This document shows, piece by piece, positions 59,705 to 64,000 of a stretch of 64,000 nt of DNA. How positions within the stretch are numbered: the stretch's first letter is position 1; each line of letters starts with the position of its first letter. The notes under the pieces were generated by a model. That model did not search any database, was not told where the DNA came from, and was given only the letters and a program-made list of their open reading frames with translations. Source of the DNA: Squalus acanthias (Eukaryota); contig CM059431.1 of NCBI GenBank assembly GCA_030390025.1, positions 105,154,001 to 105,218,000 of the forward strand, written 5' to 3'. The position numbers and the translations under genes are program-made.

Positions 59705-62700
59705 ATAAGAACATAAGAAATAGGAGCAGGAATAGGCCACTTGTCCCCTCGAATCTGTTCCGCCATTCAATAAGATTATGGCTGATCTTGGGCTCAAAGC
59801 CACTTCCCTGCCCGCTCCCCATAACCCTTCACTCACTTATCTTGTAAAAATCTGTCTATCTCCACATTAAATGTATTTAATGACCCAGCCTCCACGGCTC
59901 TCTGGGGCAGAGAATTCCACAGATTTACGACTCTCTGAGAGAAGAAATTCCTCCTCATCTCAGTTCTAAAAGGGCGACCCTTTATTCTGAAACTATGCCC
60001 CCGAGTTCTAGATTTCCCCACGAGGAGAAATATCCATCTACCTTGTCGAGCCCCCTCAGTATCTTATATGTTTCAATAAGATAACCTCTCATTCTTCTAA
60101 ATTCCAATGAGTATAGGCCCAACTTTCTCAACCTTTCCTCATAAGTCTCATCTCTGGAATTAACCAAGTGAATCGTCTCTGAACTGCCTCCAATGCAAGT
60201 TTATCCTTACTTAAATAAGGAGACCAAAACTGTACGCAGTACTCAAGGTGTGGCCTCACCAATACCATGTACAGTTGTAGCAGGACTTCCCTGCTTTTAT
60301 ACTCCAACCCCCTTGAAATAAAGGCCAACATTCCATTTGCCTTTTTGATTACTTGCTGTACCTGCATGCTAACTTTTTGTGTTTCATGCACAAGGACCCC
60401 CAGGTCCCTCTGAACTGCAGCATTTTGTACTCTCTCTCCATTTAAATAATAATTTGCTTTTTTATTTTTCCTGCCAAAGTGGATAACCTCACACTTTCCC
60501 ACATTATACACCATCTGCCAAATGTTTGCCCACTCACTTAGCCTGTCTATATCCCTTTGCAGATTCTTTGAGTACTCTGCACAACTTGCTTTCCTACCCA
60601 TTATTGTATCATCCGCAACCTTGGCTACATTACACTCGGTCCCTTCATCCAAGTCATTAATGTAGATTGTAAATAGTTGAGGCCCCAGCATTGATCCCTG
60701 TGGCACCCCACTAGTTACCGTTTGCCAACCGGAAAATGACCCATTTATCCCGACTCTCTGCTTTCTGTTAGTTAGCCAATTCTCTATCCATGCTAATATA
60801 TTACCCCCAACTCGGTGAGCTCTTATCTTATGCAGTAACCTTTTATGTGGCACCTTATCGAATGCCTTCTGAAAATCCAAATACACCACATCCACTGGTT
60901 CACCTTTGTCCACCCTGCTCGTTACATCCTCAAAGAACTCCAGCAAATTTGTTAAACATGATTTCCCTTTCATAAAACCATGCTGACTCTGCTTGACTGC
61001 ATTATGATTTTCTAAATGCCCTGCTATTGCTTCCTTAATGAAGGACTCCAGCATTTTACCAATGACAGATGTTAGGCTAACTGGTCTATAGTTTCCTGCT
61101 TTCTGTCTCCCTCCTTTCTTAAGGGGGAGTTATTCTTCAACTGTATAAAACACTAGTTAGGCCTCAGCTAGAGTACTGCGTGCAGTTCTGGTCACCACAT
61201 TACAGGAAAGATGTGATTGCAGAGTACAGAGGAGATTTACAAGGATGTTGCCAGGAGTAGAGAATCTTAGCTGTGAGGAAAGATTGGATAGGCTGGGTCT
61301 GTTTTCCTTGGAACAGAGGAGGCTGAGGGGAAACCTTATTGAGGTGTATAAAATTATGAGGGGCATAGATAAAGTGGATAGAAAGGACCTATTTCCCTTA
61401 GCAGAGGGGTAAAAAACCAAGGGGCACAGATTTAAAGTAATTGGTGGAAGGTTTAGAGGGGATTTAAGGGGAAATTTCTTCACCCAGAGGGTTGCGGGGG
61501 TCTGGAACTCACTGCCTGAAAGGTTGGTAGAGGCAGGAACCCTAACCACATTTAAAAAGTACTTGATGTGCACTTGGGATGCTCTAATCTGCAGGGCTAC
61601 GGACCAAGAGCTGGGAAGTGGGATTAGGCTGGATAGCTCTTTGTTGGCCGGCGCGGACACGATGGGCCGAAATGGCCTCCTTCCGTGCTGTAACTTTGTA
61701 TGATTCTGAAATAGGGGTGTTACATTTGCGGTTTTCCAATCCGCTGGGACCTCTCCAGATTCCAGGGAATTTTGGTATATTGCAACCAATGCACCCACTA
61801 TCTCTGCAGCCACATCTTTTAAGACCCTGGGATGCAGGCCATCTGGTCTAGGGGACTTGTCGTCTTTTAGTCCCATTATTTTACCAAGTACTTTTTCCTT
61901 AGTGATAGTGATTGTCTTCAGTTCCCCCCTCCCTGTGGCCCCTTGATTATCCATTATTGGGATGTTGTTAATGTCTTCTACAGTGAAGACAAATGCAAAA
62001 TATTTGTTCAGAGTCTCTGCCATTTCCCCATTCCCCATTATTAATTCCCCATTCTCATCCTCTAAGGGACCAACATTTACTTTAGCTACTCTCTTCCTTT
62101 TTATATACCTGTAGAAGCTCTTACTTTCTGTTTTAATATTTCTTGCCAGTTTACTCTCATAATTCACCTTCTCTCTCTTTATTATTTTTTTAGTCATCCT
62201 TTGCTGGTTTTTTAAAATTTCCCAATCCTCTGGCCTCCCACCAATCTTGGCAACATTGTATGCCTTTGTTTTCATTTAATACCATCCTTTACTTCCTTAG
62301 TTAGCCACGGATAGTGCTTCCTTCTCTTAAAATCTTTCTTTCTCACTGGAATATATTTTTGTTGAGAGTTATAAAATATCTCCTTAAATGTCCGCCACTG
62401 CATTTGAACTGTCTTACCTTTTAATTTATTTTTCCAGTCCACTTTAACCAGTTCTGCCCTCATGCCATTGCAATTGCCTTTGTTTAAGATCAGGACATTA
62501 CTTTGAGATACAACCTTCTCACCCTCCAACTGAATTTGAAATGCAACCATGTTATGATCACTCTTTCCTAGAGGATCCTTTACTATGAGATCATTTATTA
62601 ATTCTGTCTCATTACATAGTACCAGATCCAAGATAGCCTGCTCCCTGGTTGGTTCCATTACATACTGTTCCAGGAAACCATCCCGGATACATTCTATGAA

Positions 62701-63318
62701 CTCGTCCTCAAGGCTACCATGGCCAATTTGATTTGTCCAATCAATATGGAGATTAAAATCACCCATGATTATTACCGTACCTTTTTTACAGGCCTCCATT
62801 ATTTGTTGATTTATACTCTGTCCAACTGTATTGCTACTGTTCGGGGGCCTGTAGACTATGCCCACCACTGACTTGTTCCCCTTATTATTTTTTATCTCCA
62901 CCCAAACCGATTCTACATCTTGATCTTCTGAGCCAATATCACTTCTCACCACTGCACTGATCCCATCCTTTACCAACAAATCCACCCCACCTCCCTTTCC
63001 TTTCTGTCTATCCTTCTGAATTGTCAAAATACCCTGGAATATTCAGTTCCCAGCCCTGGTAACCTTGCAACCACGTCTCTGTAATGGCGATCAGATCATA
63101 CCCATTTGTATCTACTTGTGCGGTCAACTCATCTATCTTGTTACGAATGCTGCTTGCATTCAGATATAGAGCTTTTAACTTTGTCTTTTTACCATTTCTC
63201 CTTGTTTTGGCCCCATTTTCTGTTGCACTCTTATTTTGAAACATTCTGTCCCTTCTTGTCACACTCTGGTTATTATTTCCCCCATCTCTATCCTGCTCTA
63301 TTGTTTTCTCATTTCTCA
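59705..63318 (-). mobile_element. CR1 LINE with near-complete disrupted ORF2
   Basis: LYLNASSIRNK...AITETW, YRPP, MGDFN, SDH; RT SQHGF, DFQKAFDKVPH, GVPQGS, ADDT; ATAAGAAC tail. Confidence 0.95.
61123..61709 (+). mobile_element. Young CR1 3' fragment nested antisense in the large CR1
   Basis: Interrupts ANVTPLF|KKG; near-identical to 9411-9990. Confidence 0.9.
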
Positions 63319-63375
63319 CTGACCTCAAAGGCAGGTGTGCTACCCACTGAGCCATGGCTGACACGTTATACATTA

Positions 63376-64000
63376 GGGCCAGAAATTCGGCTCTTCGGCT
63401 TCCCGCGGGTGCAAGGATCACGCGCGTACTTACATACCGCGCCTGCTGTTGTGCTTCGGGCCCGCGTGGAATTCGGCTCCTGGACCTCCTGCAGCTGCCG
63501 GCGCGCAGTGCTTGCGTATCCCAGGGGCACAGTTAGTTCAAAGCGTCCCCATGGATCACGTGGGCCGTGGAGAGCCAATCGGAGCAGGGAATCTCCATTC
63601 ATAGATTTTGACAGGAAGACCTGTCAAATCTATGAATAGAGATCGGCCCCAAAACCTCACTAAAACTTCAAATAAATTTTTAAAAAACATCACATTTTTA
63701 AAATAACTATAAATTACATAAATTAACTACTTCAAACAAAAATTTAAATTTTTGAAAAAATTAATTACACTTTTTAACGGTGCTAAAAATAAACTTACCT
63801 TTCTTTAAAGTATGTAAAAAAAATAAACCTGTTGAAAAAATGTTTAAATCGTACTTAATTCACCACTTACCTTGTTAAAAGCAGGCCTTGCGCCTCCTTT
63901 TTTCCTGCGCAGCTTCTCCGTACTTACCCTCACGGAGAAACCTGAATAAAAAAACTAAGTTCGCTGCGTGCGCGCTGCATCTCCGGCACACGCGGTTGAC
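63376..64000. mobile_element. Harbinger-type MITE, left part (runs off the window)
   Basis: TTA followed by GGGCCAGAAATTCGG TIR-like start; CpG-rich subterminal region. Confidence 0.6.

Noticed and set aside
1..64000. Prokaryotic systems (operons, CRISPR arrays, retrons, defence islands)
   Set aside because: The sequence is vertebrate repeat-rich DNA with low coding density. The RT ORFs are LINE or Penelope type, and no repeat-spacer array is present

Overview
This is eukaryotic, repeat-dominated DNA, almost certainly from a cartilaginous fish (shark). The basis is the repeat content: HE1/V-type and Deu-domain (SacSINE1-like) SINEs, shark-type CR1 and L2 LINEs, and Penelope termini. I found no host protein-coding exon, so the window looks intergenic or intronic. 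All long ORFs come from transposons. Main contents: two near-complete CR1 ORF2 copies (600-5291 +, 59705-63318 -) and many CR1 and L2 fragments; a 5'-truncated Penelope-like element (RT + GIY-YIG) with a minimal hammerhead ribozyme motif; a short palindromic hammerhead-bearing insertion with a 12-bp TSD; a structurally complete but disabled PIF/Harbinger transposon (36128-40665; DDE transposase plus convergent three-exon Myb/SANT gene) with related MITEs and several older transposase relics; three solo LTRs with 4-bp TSDs; Gypsy relics; an RTE fragment; and a few repeat-free AT-rich islands that may be conserved non-coding elements. Coordinates were counted by hand and are approximate at degenerate ends. 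Family names come from recognised motifs, not from database searches.
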